DNA from: the human T2T-CHM13v2.0 reference genome, Homo sapiens
Assembly: GCF_009914755.1 (NCBI RefSeq)
Contig: NC_060938.1
Length of the DNA stretch: 64,000 nt
Strand: one strand, 5' to 3'
How positions within the stretch are numbered: position 1 is the stretch's first letter; every line of letters begins with the position of its first letter. The position numbers were made by a program, and so were the translations under genes. The notes under the pieces are model-generated. The model was given only the letters and a program-made list of their open reading frames with translations, had not been told where the DNA came from and made no database searches. This document shows, in pieces, positions 33,840 to 49,283 of this stretch.

Positions 33840-34500
33840 TGGCTGTGCCCTCTGCCTATGGTCCCATGTTTTAGAGGATCCCATGCTTTAGAGGGCCTCA
33901 CTCTGGCCCACTTTGGCTATACCTCTCATGGCGGAAAGAACCCACCAATGGGATGTTCCCACTCAGAGCCCATATTCCCCTTCTAGAGCCTAATTCCTGG
34001 GCCTGGGCCACTTCTGCAGGTACACTTCCCCAAGGACAGACTGTACCACTAATGTACTTATTCCTAGGCATGAAAGTTGTGCAATAAGTGTGATGAGGTA
34101 AGAGTGGGAATGTGGATGGAGCTTGGTCATGTCTACGTGAATGTACTCAAGGCCCTTTGTCATGTGGGACAGTGCCTGGGCTAGGAAGATAAGTGGGGGG
34201 TGGGTCAGGGGCCAGCTCTTTCCATTCCACTATGTCCCCGCATGGAGCTCTGAGAAGTTCAAGAATTCCATATTTGAACCTGGCCTTCCAGATTAGCCCG
34301 TTTCTTTCTCTTTTTCAAGGGCTGTATATTTGTATCTGTGTGTATATTTTGTGTTTATGAGGGGATATTTGTCAGTATAGGGGAATTGAAATATTTTATT
34401 TATCCGTTTGTTAGTGTAATTTACAACTTTTATATATGTAGTATGTGGACTTCCATCTGCACTCGTGCCCAAGGCCCCGCAAATCTTAGCGGCAAGTCTG
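33840..34500. mobile_element. hAT-Tip100 (MER45-like) DNA transposon
   Basis: cccatgctttagagggcc start and ggccccgcaaat end resemble the MER45 family. Confidence 0.5.
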
Positions 34501-34685
34501 TATTTTATTACGGCCAGACTTGTAAAGAATTATATTCCCCAAACAAAGCTCTATGTAATCAACTGCTTGATGATAACCACTACTACATACTGGGAAGTAA
34601 GAGGCTCTGGCTGTTCATTCCTTTGGATGAAAATAACAGTCAAGTGGGACCTGCCTTTCACTAGAAAAAGGGTCAGGCTGGGCTA

Positions 34686-34921
<236 letters not shown>

Positions 34922-35513
34922 GAAGTAGCCAGTCTGAAGTTGCTGAGGAGAATGAGAACAGGTCACACATCATCAATGTAAAGGAGACTTCATTCCTAAG
35001 GTCACTTTTTGCCTCTGTTTCAGATTTTCCTATAGTTCCCATGTGCTGGAACTCATCCCAGCCCAATTCACGTAAGACCCTTCTAGGGTGCGGGAGCAGA
35101 CCACAGGAACCTGGCTTAGTACTTAGCATTACTTAGCAACAGCTTCTAAGGAGCAACGCAGGACAATAATGAGCATACAGTGTGGATAATCAATCTTCTA
35201 TTGATATCTTTAAGGGGAAAAATTAGGGGGATAATCCATTTGGACCAGGAAGAAGTATAAGTGGGTAGGACTGGAAGTCGGGGGAGGTAAACTAGGGCAA
35301 GATGAAGTTCCATAACGTTCTCCACACTTCGGAAGTTGAGTCAGGTGCTTGTGCTGGGAGAGAGGACCGAATCCAGGATAAAGCTTCTGTTCAGCACAGC
35401 TCCATCTGCCAATGCAGATAACTTGGGATATTTTCATGCCAGATGTGCAAGGATCAAGAGATTCACAGAAAAGTTGTTGAGCTTGAGAGACAAAGAGGTA
35501 ATTTTTAAAATAG

Positions 35514-36279
<766 letters not shown>

Positions 36280-36582
36280 ATATTTAACTTTTTAAGTTAA
36301 ATAACGTACACAGCTTTCCTGGACTTCAAAACCTGGTGTTAAGGACAGACTTTCCAATATAGAGATACTAGGCTGTTTTTATATAAAATTGCTTTATCTC
36401 AAACTCATTGGTGTAGGCTCTAATGGAGGGAAGGGGATGCTGATGTCTTAGGACAGCTGCCTGTGAGAAGCTTGAAGAGCTGACTTTTGCAGTGCTTCTT
36501 AAGCCGTAGCATGCGTCGGAAACACCTGTTAGTGCTGGTTTAAAATGCAAAATTTGCAAGACTTTTTTTTCCTTATTTATCT

Positions 36583-37010
36583 ACTATGGTTTGAATGTGT
36601 CCCCCAAATTTCATGTGTTAGAAACTTAATCTCAAAATGTGACCGTATTGAATCTTTAAGAGGTGATTGGATCAAAAGGTTTCAACCCTTATGATTAATC
36701 CATTTATAGGTTAATGGATTAATGGGCTAATAGACTAGCAGGTAATCATGAGAGTGGAACTAGTGGCTTTTTAAGAAGAGGAAGAGAGACCTAAGCAAGC
36801 ATGTGAGCTCACTCAGCCCCTCACCATGTGATTCCCAGTGTGGCCTTGGGACTCTACAGAAAGTCCTCACCAGCAAGAGTCCCCTCACAGTTGCAGCCCC
36901 TCAATCCTGGACTTCCCAGCCGTCATAACTGTAAGACATAAATTACTCTTCTTTATAAATGACCCAGTTCCACATATTCTATTATAATCAACAAGGAACG
37001 AACTAATACA
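36583..37010 (+). mobile_element. MST-type MaLR LTR
   Basis: tactatggtttgaatgtgtcccccaaa ... aacgaactaataca. Confidence 0.85.
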
Positions 37011-37110
37011 TTATCTAAAATTATCTCCTGAAAGCAATTACAGTAAGGATCTTGCTTTTTAGAAAACAAAAAATTATTGTATACATTTTAAATTTTAAAA
37101 AACTACTTTA

Positions 37111-37735
37111 GCCAGGCGTGGTGGCTCATGCCTGTAATCCCAGCACTTTGGGAAGCCAAGGCAGGTGGATCACGAGGTCAGGAGTTCAAGACCGGCCTGA
37201 CCAAGATGGTGAAACTCTGTCTCTACTAAAAATACAAAAATTAGCCAGGTGTGGTGGCAGGTGCCTGTAACCCCAGCTATTTGGGAGGTTGAGGCAGAGA
37301 ACTGCTTGAACCTGGGAGACAGAGGTTGCAGTGAGCCGAGATCACGCCACTGCACTCCAGCCTTGGGGACAGAGCAAGACTCCGTCTAAAAAAAAAAAAA
37401 AAAAACTAGCACTACCAGGAGAAAATAAGCCCAAGCCCGGTGGCTCACACCCATGATCCCAGCACTTTGGGAGGCCAAGGCAGAATGAAGGCTTGAGGCC
37501 AGGAGTTTGAGACCAGCCTGGACAACATACCAAGACCCCATCTCTACAAAAAAAAATTTTAATTTTTAAAATTAAAAAAAAATTTTTTTTTAGATGTTAT
37601 GCACTAGTAGCTACTTGGGAATGTTAGATGTTATGTCCCAGCTACTTGGGAAGCTGAGGCAGGAGGATTGCTTAAGCCCAGGAATTCACTGCTACACTCC
37701 AGTCTGAGTATACCCTGTCTCAAAGAAAAATAAAA
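37111..37735 (+). mobile_element. AluSg (37111-37405) and rearranged AluJ (37428-37735)
   Basis: Alu consensus. Confidence 0.9.
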
Positions 37736-37989
37736 AGAGAAAATAAAATTTTATGTGCAAAAAGTTAGGAGAGGGCAAAGTCAAGTAAAATTTCCCCATA
37801 TTAACTTAGAAATAGTAATAAGGGCAAAATGTTCTAAAGGTTTCATCTGTTAGTGTCCTAGCCTGGAAAAAAAAAAAAAGGATGCCCTTAAATTGAGTCA
37901 TTTAGGAAGAGTGTAATAAAGTCACTATTTACAAAGCATGGACTGGGCTTAGACAAAGCAAAAGGGATGTGCACTACCCTTGGGCTGGT

Positions 37990-38255
37990 GAGTGCAAGAG
38001 CCACTACCGCCACCATGTCTGTAAGGACAAGGCAATGGAACCCATTAAAGGAACCTAGAAAGCTGATAGAGAGGGCCACCTGGCAGGAAGGAACCAGAGA
38101 AATAAATATGCCAACCTCCTTGGCCAACCCCTAGAGGCTGGAGGGCAAAAGCAGCCTACTGATGTCATCCTTGTGACTCAGCCTCATGGGCAGAGAGCAG
38201 GGCAAAGAAGGGTGGAGAGCAGATTATGAGTAGCAAATGGGGAAAATCTAGCACC
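37990..38255 (-). mobile_element. LTR33-like fragment
   Basis: gagagcagggcaaagaagggtggagagcagat..gcaaatggggaaaatctagcac. Confidence 0.6.
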
Positions 38256-38392
38256 TGTCAGAGATGGCTAACGCACTGGAGTGGCTACTGTGTATCTTAA
38301 CAAGCACTGAAGACAACAGTACAGAGATTTCCTTTTCTATCATCTCGTTTATATAACCATGCAGTAGGTTTATAAGAAACCTACCATTAAGT

Positions 38393-38918
<526 letters not shown>

Positions 38919-40857
38919 GGAGTCCCTAGAACTCAGTGATAGTCTCTCTTCTCTTGGTCCCTGTCAGGGCTGTACAGAAACCCCAGAGTCTCTCAAGCCA
39001 GCTTAGTCCTGCAACAGACATGCAGAGGGAACATCTGTAACCTGAAAGAGGAAGGTCAGACACTGACCTGGCTTCACGGGACCCTACGAGTCTTTAGGCA
39101 TGAGTGGGCCCAGGCTGCTGGCACTGACCAGGCTCACCTTATCTTGGCTCCTGGGCTGAATGGCTGAGCTTTCCAGGCTTGGGCTGGGGAGGTCCCTCTT
39201 ATTTAGCTTCCTTGTCAGCAGTTTCCAGAAGGTGAAATTTACCTGCCCAAGGTAGTAACCTTAAACTGCAATAGAAATAACTCTCTGGGCTAGAGATGCC
39301 AAGGTTGTACCGAAAGTTTCCAAGGCAGTAGAGCACTTAGCCCTGTCTCTGTGTCCCCGTGAAGGCCCTAGTCTTCCTCCTTTGACTGGTGTGTTGGCGA
39401 CCTGTAAAGCTTGGGTATGGGCTGGGCAGGGCAGGCCGCAGGGCCCAGTCTGGCTTCCCGTGGAAGCCAGTGAGTTTCCCGCAAAGAGAAAGTTCTGGCT
39501 GTAGGCCTCAAGGGCAGGGAGAGAGGCCTTCTTTAACCCCAGCAGTAAGAAAATGCTCATTCTATACCGTGTAAAGGGACCCTTAGTGTTTCCTGGGCTG
39601 ACACAGAGAAGAACTATTTATTTCTCAGCTATCGTTCTCTGACTTGGCAAGCTCAGGCTGGAGTGGGGAAAAGCAGATCCAAGACAATCATGTGATGGAA
39701 TTACACCTGCTGAGGTAAAGCACAGTGCTGCTCCCCAAGCAAACATTCTTGCAGACTCTGCACTGCAAACTCAGCTCAGGAGGCGCTGGGCTAATTTGTC
39801 TTTTGCCAACTAAAGGCAAATGGAGGAGGGCAGAGCCTGGCAGCTTCTCCTACTGCCTGGTGATTTGAGGATCACTCTGCCTCCCTCCCCGCTCCACCAC
39901 TCTCTCACTGATGCCTAAATAACAGGTAGGAATTCGCTCCACTTCGCCAAGGAGCAAGGAAATGCACATCACTTTACTTTTTAAAATCAAATGGAATCAT
40001 GCTGTGAGCCCCACCTTGCCCTGGCTGGTGCAATCCCCAATATTAATGATTATTGAAATCCCCTCTTTTCTGTTGGGCCGTACTAGAATCCAGGGCCCTG
40101 CTTGGTAATAGCAAAATGGGGCAGGGGATTGAGTTAGCCAATAAAATAGCCACCATTATTAATGTTGCTACTTTTGTTATGTGACACAGCTATTGGACTA
40201 AAAGGTTTCACCTCAAAGTGCCTACTTTACCTGCAGGCTCTGCCACAGGGGCCCTTGTGGATATTTCCAAGGTTATATAGTTAGAGATTGTCCTTGAGGT
40301 ATTAGTCATGTGCCAAGTTTGAGTGGTGGTGGTAGTAGAAGGAGTGTTGAGGAAACTTTAGATCTTCTCCCCGTAATCTAGGTCAGCATCCCCTGTTCCT
40401 TGTTGTAGGTAATTAATATTTTCTCATTTTCATGTATGTAGCCATGTAAACAGCTTAGAGCATCCTCTTCCCCTCCCAGCCTTTCAATCAGATTGCTGCC
40501 CCTAAACCCCTCCTACAGAGACATTCTGACTTCCAGGCACCAACTGCTCCCCTAGACACCAGCAACCTCCAGAGCCCTTTACAGAAAAGGTGCAAGGCTC
40601 CAGACTCATAGAATCCAATTCTCTCTCTCATCCACAAAGCCCTAGCTTCTCTCCAACCAATCCCCACCTCATCCTCTGGGGTACTGCCATCTAATTCCTT
40701 CTTGGGTTTGACCCTTGAATTATAGAGAAACCATTAGCTAACTGCTGCCACCACTACCCCCAAGACAAAATGAGGAACTAAGACTGACCGCTAAACACAA
40801 AGCCTTAGCTAACTGGGGAGCTAGGAGGTCAGTGAAGAGGAATAGAATTTTTTCTTC

Positions 40858-41165
<308 letters not shown>

Positions 41166-41219
41166 TATATTTTTTTCTTTTTTTCCTATAGCAGAAAGGG
41201 AAAAAAAAAGCCTCATTCG

Positions 41220-41680
41220 ATTATCATCATTTGATGATCGTTCTGTTACCAGCGTCATTCCTTTGGGTGAGTCATTGCTGCCTCCAAGGGATCCCATATT
41301 AGGATGCCCCCTTGGGAGGGATAGGAAGCATGACTAACACCTGAGTATAAAGAGGTTCACCCTACACTTCCTGACGTGGCAGGTGAGAGAGTGTGGGTGG
41401 GGAATTGGGAGGGGACTGCCTTTCCTTACTTTAGAGTCCTGTCCAATGGCTGGCTTTGTGGTTGGCTCCATTAGGGAGGGCCCACCAGGAAGCCTTCTCT
41501 TCTTTCCGTTGAAGACAAGCATGCAAGTTTTCTGTGGTTTGTTAGGGCTGGGCCACCATGTCCTTAGTAGGCAGCAAGGTGGGGTGATGACCTCTGATAT
41601 CAAACCATCTGGGAGTTACTGCTGCTTTGTAAAAAAACAAAGGCCCAAAGGTAAAATGTGGAGAGAGCAGGGTACTGGAA
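41220..41680 (+). promoter_or_regulatory. putative promoter/enhancer
   Basis: TGAGTCA (AP-1) 41268-41274, TATAAAG 41346-41352, CACTTCCTGACGTGG (ETS + CRE/UPRE-like) 41365-41379, G4 motif 41395-41414, CCAAT and CAGGAAG in non-repeat DNA. Confidence 0.5.
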
Positions 41681-41810
41681 CACCGGCTCACATATCTGGC
41701 AGAGGCACTGAGGCCACTACTGCTGGCCTCTTTTCCGTGCCACCTGAGTTGATTTCATTCAACTCATGTGGTCAGGGGCAAGCACTGGGACAAAGTTCTC
41801 CCCAGGAGAG
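41677..41810 (+). other. FUT8: candidate distal non-coding first exon (probably of FUT8); start approximate
   Basis: Unique sequence ending in strong donor GAG|GTAAGA (GT at 41811) downstream of a TF-motif cluster. Assignment and start coordinate rely on my recollection that the annotated FUT8 locus begins ~22 kb from MIR4708 on the + strand; not verified. Confidence 0.5.
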
Positions 41811-41879
41811 GTAAGAACCAGAAGGGAGCTTCTGGGTCTCATCTGGATTAATAGAAGCCATGAGTACTTACTCTGGCGG

Positions 41880-42640
41880 GAGCCAGGTTCCTTCACTTAC
41901 TAGGTGTGTGACCTTGGGCATTTACTTATGTTCTGTGATTCAGTGTTCTTATCTCTAAAATGGGGATAATATGTCTACTCCACAGAAGTGTTGCAGGGAT
42001 TTGTTAGTGTATTTAAAGTACTTGGAAGAGTGCTTGTCACATAGCAAGTATTATAAAAATGTCAACTGCTGTAGTTACTGTTGTTGCTGTCTACAGAAGC
42101 CAGGTGTGGACCACAGAGCCAGAAGCCTCGGGCAAGTCTCCAGAGTTGAAACTAGAAAGAATTATTTATAACAGTTCCCATCCTGCCTAGGGCTACAGAT
42201 GAGACAATAGCTGTAAAACAGTCTCAGCTTCCCTGGGAGGGGCAAAATACCCAGATTCACTGCTAGAATACTCGAACAGAGGCTATTTCTTTTGGGCTCT
42301 GCAGCCTAAGCAGACCCTACCCTTAGGTGGTTGAGATACCCCCTTAATGGCCATGATTTGAGGGCCCCCAACACATCTCCATCATAGGCTTGCCTCAGTA
42401 TCTAAAATTTTCTTCAGGGCTTCCAGTTTGGAAGATGTGACCTATTTTACAGCCAGACTGTCTATGTGTAAACCTCGGCTCTGTCACTCACTAGCTGCAT
42501 AATCTTGGACAGGTTACTTAATGTCTGCACCTCAGTTTCTCATCTGCAAAAGTGAGGGTAATGACAATAGTCTCTTGATAGAGGCAGAGTGCAAATCACA
42601 TAAAATAGTGTGTGTGAAGTTTTAGCAAAGTGCCTGGTAC
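41880..42640 (+). mobile_element. Two MIR copies (41880-42080, 42440-42640)
   Basis: tgtgtgaccttgggca; cctcagtttctcatctgcaaaa. Confidence 0.75.
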
Positions 42641-42707
42641 ACCCTGAACTGGTGGTAATGGTGGTTTGACTAGAGAAGGCATAAATTTGCAATTTAATAG
42701 TGACTTC

Positions 42708-43160
42708 TGGATGAACTTGGAGGACATTATGTTAAGTGAAGTAAACTGGGCACAGAAAGACAAACACCACATGATTTCCACACATATGTGAAATCCAAAA
42801 GAGTTGATTTCTTAGAAGCAGAGAGTAGAATAGTGGTTACCAGAGGCTGGGGAGGGTAGGGAGGGGAGGAGAACAGGAGAGGTTGGTCAACAGGTAAAAA
42901 GTTACAGTTAGGAAGAATAAGTTCTAGTGTTCCATTACATGGTAGGGTGACTGTAACTAGTAACGATGCAGTCTATGTTTCAAGATAGTTGGAAGAGAAG
43001 ATTTTGAGTATTATTACAAAGAAATGATAAATGTTTAAAGTGATGAGTATAGTAATTACCTTGAGTTGATCATTATAAAGTATACACATGCATTGAAACA
43101 TCACATTGTATCCCATAAATATGTACAATTATTTTGTGTGAATTATAAATAAATTAATAA
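42708..43160 (+). mobile_element. L1MA/MB 3' end
   Basis: tggatgaacttggaggacattatgttaagtgaa; gagagtagaatagtggttaccagaggctgggg. Confidence 0.88.
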
Positions 43161-43284
43161 AAATATTTATTAAACCATAGATACTCAATATTTAAACACT
43201 TTTTAATAACAATTATCACATGTACAAAAATGTTGAAAACTAATGCAAGTAACACCTTTAAATACATCATTTACTTTTTTTACA

Positions 43285-43565
43285 TTATTATTATTATTAT
43301 CATTTTTGGAGATAGGGTCTCACTTTGTTGCCCAGGCTGGAGTGCAGTAGTATGACCTCCTCAGGCTCAAGCGATCCTCCTACTTCGGTCTACAGAGTAA
43401 CTGGGACTACAGGTGCATGCCCGGCTAATTTTTGTGGTTTTGGTAGAGATGGATGGGGTTTCTCCGTGTCGTCCAGGCTGGTCTTGAACTTCTGTGCTCA
43501 AGTGGACAGCCCCATCTTGGCCTCCCAAAGTGCTGGGATTATAGGTGTGAGCTACCATGCCCTGC
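43285..43565 (-). mobile_element. AluJ (internally deleted)
   Basis: Alu consensus. Confidence 0.85.
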
Positions 43566-44139
43566 ATAATTTACACTGAATAATTGTTTTATCTATGTCT
43601 TTGCCATTTTGTTTTCTGCTGTTATTTGTGTTTTTTTGTGCTATTATTTTACTGTTTGGTGAGTACATATATTTTCCCCTTAATAATTTGAAAATAAGTT
43701 GCTGAGCATCATGACACTTTAAATACTTAACAGCATATGGTTACCCCAAATAAGGACATTCTCCTACACAACCAGAACACTATGACCACATCTACAATAA
43801 CTAATAATTATTCTTTAATATTATTTAATACTGAGTCCATATTCACACTTTTTCAGTTGCTCCCAAAATGTCTTTTAGAACTGTTTTTTTTCCTATTAAG
43901 AACCAATCTTTTCTTTTTTAGGGGCACTGACTTTTGAAGAGACCAGGGCATCTGTTTTACTTTTGGGGTTTGTCTTACTGTTTTCTTGTGATGGTGTTTT
44001 TAGTGAAGTTTTGAAGAAGGATGCAAACAATCTGGAGCTTGAGCTGGAATCCCTGGGCTGCCCCAAGGACACATGCTCTGCTGCCCGTCGAAAATGAGAG
44101 AAGAAACCAATAAACAAGGCACATTCATTTTCTTGTGTA

Positions 44140-44630
44140 TTGCAGCAAAACATACATAACATAAAATTCATCATTTTAACTATTTTTAAGTGTACTATAC
44201 AGTTCAGTGGCGTTAAGTACATTCACGTTGTTGTGCAACCATCACCACCATACATCTCCAGAACTTTTTCATCTTCCCTAGCTGAACCTCTGAGCCTGTT
44301 CAACACAAACTCTCCATTCTCCCCTCCCCTCAGCTCTGGCAACCGCTATTCTACTTTTTATCTTTGTGAATTTCACTACTCCAAGTATGTTACACACTAC
44401 TTGTCTTTTTGTGATTGGCTCATTTCACTTAGCATGATGTCTTCAGAGTTCATCCATGTTATACTGTGGTCAGCATTTCCTTCCCTTTTAAGGCTGAATA
44501 ATAATCCATTGTATGCATGGAACACATTTTGTTTATCCATTCATCTGTTGACTGACACTTGGGTTGCTTCCACCTTTTGGCTAATGTGAGTAATACAGCT
44601 ATGAACGTGGGTTTACAATTTTCTGATTGC
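44140..44630 (-). mobile_element. L1MB 3' fragment
   Basis: aagtgtactatacagttcagtggcgttaagtacattcac; ggctcatttcacttagcatgatgtc. Confidence 0.88.
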
Positions 44631-44649
44631 ATCCCTGCAAGGCACACTC

Positions 44650-44946
44650 TTTTTTTTTTGAGACGGAGTCTTGCTCTGTCACCCAGGCTGGAGTGCAGTG
44701 GCATGATCTCTGCTCATCGCAATCTCCGCCTCCCGCCTCCTGGGTTCAAGTCATTCTCCTGCCTCAGCCTCCCGAGTAGCTGGGATTACAGGCACACACC
44801 ACCACACCGAGCTAATTTTTGTATTTTCAGTAGAGACAGGGTTTCACCATGTTGGCCAAGATGATCTTGATCTCCTGACCTCATGATCCGTCCGCCTCAG
44901 CCTCCCAAAGTGCTGGGATTACAGGCATGAGCCACTGCACCTGGCC
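44650..44946 (-). mobile_element. AluSc-like
   Basis: TSD aggcacactc. Confidence 0.92.
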
Positions 44947-45891
44947 AGGCACACTCATTTTTACCTTATGTTGTGGGACTAGCCCTCATGCATCCTCTGA
45001 TAACTGGTAATTTTACAAATCATGTTTCAAATCTGCATGATTCTCTCCCTTTTATCAAAATCTAACATGAAACAACTCTGTCAGTCTTGCCATTAGCTGG
45101 GTTTACAGCCATCTATACCAATAATAGAAATGTGGGCACGACTCACAGCAGGTGTTTCTGCATTGCTTAATGTGGTAAGTGTACTGATTATACCATTATG
45201 GAGTAAGAAGACAAACATTCCAAGCTTTTAAAGCTAAATTCAAAGGCCAGAGATGCCTTTTTAAATCAACCTAAAGCATTTTTAATCTGTTAGGCTCCCA
45301 TACTTCAGAGGACTGGCCTATTAAAGGCACTTGTTCCAAGATTCCAAATGTACACATGTGATTTATATCTAGCTATCCACAAAGTATGAGAGGAAGCAGG
45401 GCAAAGTAGAATGAGCTCTGCACTGGATAATGAGGAGATGGGGATCCAGTATCCGGACTCTGTTGATAACCATGTGACCTGGGGCAAAGCCTCAACATTT
45501 TTGTGCCTGGGTTTTCTCATCTGTCAAATGGGAAGTTGGCTTATAGCCCTCAAATGCTATGATGGGCTGAGCTACATTTTATTTTTTATTATTATTGTTT
45601 GCAGAAGTCTATAATAGAAAGTCAGGTGTGGAAATGGGGAAGCACTGAAGTTGAGTTCACAACTTAGTGAACACAAATTAGTTGGGTGACCTTGGAGAGA
45701 TTCTGTAATTTTATGAGCCCATATTTTCTCAAAAAAATTGTTCTGCAAAATGGGGATGGTAAATGCTGCAGAGCAGTGATGAAGATGGTAAGTCATCAGG
45801 TATGATGAAAGAACTTTGGAAACTTTCAAGGTGCTATACAATCACATGAGAGTGATTACATGGTGATTTTAAACTGTAAAGAGCTCTATAA

Positions 45892-46655
<764 letters not shown>

Positions 46656-47216
46656 TATAACTCCCATTCTCCTCTCCCCAAGAATCCACTTTTAGTGGCC
46701 TTGGGTATTTCCTGAAATCGCTGGGAATGTTGTGGTAGATCCTCCCCTATCTCTATTTTATAAACTTTCATCAGCTGTTTGAAATGCTTTCTTTCTTTCA
46801 CTCCAGAACTTGTTGCAGCATATCTTGTTTCAACAACCCTCCAGCCTGCCAATGGAGCTTTGGTTTCGCCAGTTGTGATGACTCTGAAGCTCTTTGTCAG
46901 TTCTTTTTATTCCTGGAACACTTGATCAGCTAGTTGGGTTGCATGTTGTTTTAACCCCTGAAGAGCAGATTCCCAGGCTTTGCTGTTTTACAATCTATGA
47001 TTTAGCTATGATTGTTCTAACAAGTGTTCCCTGCCAAAGCTTGAAATAGTCCTTGTCAACAATTGTTCCCTCTACTCTTTCCAATAGCACAACGCTGTCT
47101 TCTAAGGAGCATGCTGTGTTTTCAGTTCAAAAGGGGGACTGTTTGAGGGAAAGAATACAGGAATTGATGAGCTGAGAATTAAGCTAATGACTCAATGGAT
47201 TACAGATTGCTTTAGA

Positions 47217-47797
47217 AGCTGGGTGTGGTGGCTGTAGTCCCAGCTACTCAGGGGGCTGAGGTACGAAGATTACTTGAGCCCAGGAGTTCGAGGCCAGCCT
47301 GGGCAATATAGCAAGACCCCCATCTCAAACAAACAAACAAACAAACAAACAAAAAGCCCAAATTGCTTTAGGGTCAAGGGTGATACGCAATGCTAAACAA
47401 TTAGTATGCATAGGAATCACCTGGAATTAAAAATAAAAGTGCAGATTTCTAGACCTGACCCCAGATATCCTCTGATTAAGAAATTCTGTCCTCATTAGCC
47501 GGGCGTGGTGGCTCACACCTGTAATCCCAGCACTTTGGGAGGCTGAGGCGGGTGAATCACAAGGTCAGGAGATCGAGACCATCCTGGCTAACATGGTGAA
47601 AACCCGTCTCTACTAAAAATACAAAAAATTAGCCGGGCGTGGTGGTGTGTGCCTGTAGTCCCAGCTACTCAGGAGGCTGAGGCAGGAGAATGGCGTGAAC
47701 CTGGGAGGCGGAGCCTGCAGTGAGCTGAGTTTGCGCCTCTGTACACCAGCCTGGGCAACAGAGCAAGACTCTGTTTCAAAAAAAAAAAAAAAAAAAG
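47217..47797 (+). mobile_element. FLAM/FAM (47217-47355) and AluY/Sc (47497-47797)
   Basis: Second has TSD aagaaattctgtcctcat. Confidence 0.9.
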
Positions 47798-47859
47798 AGA
47801 AGAAATTCTGTCCTCATAAATGAGACTCAAAAAAAAAAAAGAACTTCTGGAGTAGGTAA

Positions 47860-48737
47860 TGAGGTTTAGGACACACTACCTTAGCATATTGGATATTTTA
47901 AACTGAAGGAATTTGAGACATGGCAGGTACAGAAAGGACTTTCTTTTCTTTTTGAGATGGAATCTCACTCTGTCTCCTAGGCTGGTGTACAGTGGTGTGA
48001 CCTCGGCTTGCTGCAACCCCTGCCTTTCGGGTTCAAGCGATTCTCATGCCTCCTGAGTAGCTGGGATTACAGGCACCTGTTGGTGCCCTGTTGGTCAGGC
48101 TGGTCTCGAACTCCTGACCTCAGGTGATCCACTGGCCTCGGCCTCTCAAAGTGCTGGGATTACAGGCGTGAGCCACTGCACCTGGCCTAATTTTTGCATT
48201 TTTAGTAGAGACAGGGTTTCACCATGTTGGTTAGGCTTGTCTCGAACTCCTGACCTCAGGTGATCTGTCCGCCTCGGTTTTCCAAAGTGCCGAGATTACA
48301 GGTGTGAGCCACTGCGCCCGGCCAGGAAGGACTTTCTGCCCATTTCCTGAAGGAGGTCATAAAACCCTCATGTGAGAGATGCCCTCTCTATACTGGCAAG
48401 AAATGAGCATCCTTGCCTCTAAAGACAAAGGGACACAGAGAAGAATCTGAACTCCCAGGCCTTGCTGTTTTCCTCAGTTTACCATGCTTAGCTCACACCC
48501 TTTTGTCCTATCTCATTTCTCCACCACTCCCCACTCTTCATCAAACCTAGCATAAAACCACTCAGGTTTTACCACTTCTTTGAGTCTCCATTTCTTTATG
48601 AAGGCTGCCATGCTTTCTAAAACTTTACACTTATTAAATAAGTTTGTATGCTTCTCTCTTGTTAACCTGTCTTTTGTTACAGGGGCCCCAGCCAAGAACT
48701 CAGAAGGGTAGAGAAAAGCTATTTTCCCTCCCCTACA
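47860..48737 (+). mobile_element. ERV1 LTR (MER34/MER39-like) containing a composite Alu (47943-48323, -)
   Basis: gcatattggatattttaaactgaaggaatttgaga ... gaaaagctattttccctcccctaca. Confidence 0.7.
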
Positions 48738-48970
48738 GTGGGGTCATTTTACATGTGCTCCTGGGTGATTCTGATGCAGGGGTCCACATTTTTAGAAACT
48801 TGGTGGAGAACACTGGTTCTCCTACTATTGTAAATAAGTTGACTCTGAACAGACCACAAATTTACTTTGCCTCAGTCTCCACACTGACAAATGGCTATAA
48901 AAGCAGTAACCATCTTTCCTACCTCACAGGTTTAAAATAGGAGTAAAATGAGATAACAGATCCAAAACCA

Positions 48971-49283
<313 letters not shown>

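Noticed and set aside
41383-41814. 143-aa ORF over the candidate promoter
   Set aside because: GTG start, no recognisable homology; more simply explained as a chance ORF in regulatory DNA
42848-42872. G-quadruplex motif
   Set aside because: Ordinary G-rich tract of the L1 3'UTR
44140-44589. 149-aa ORF
   Set aside because: Lies entirely in an antisense L1MB fragment
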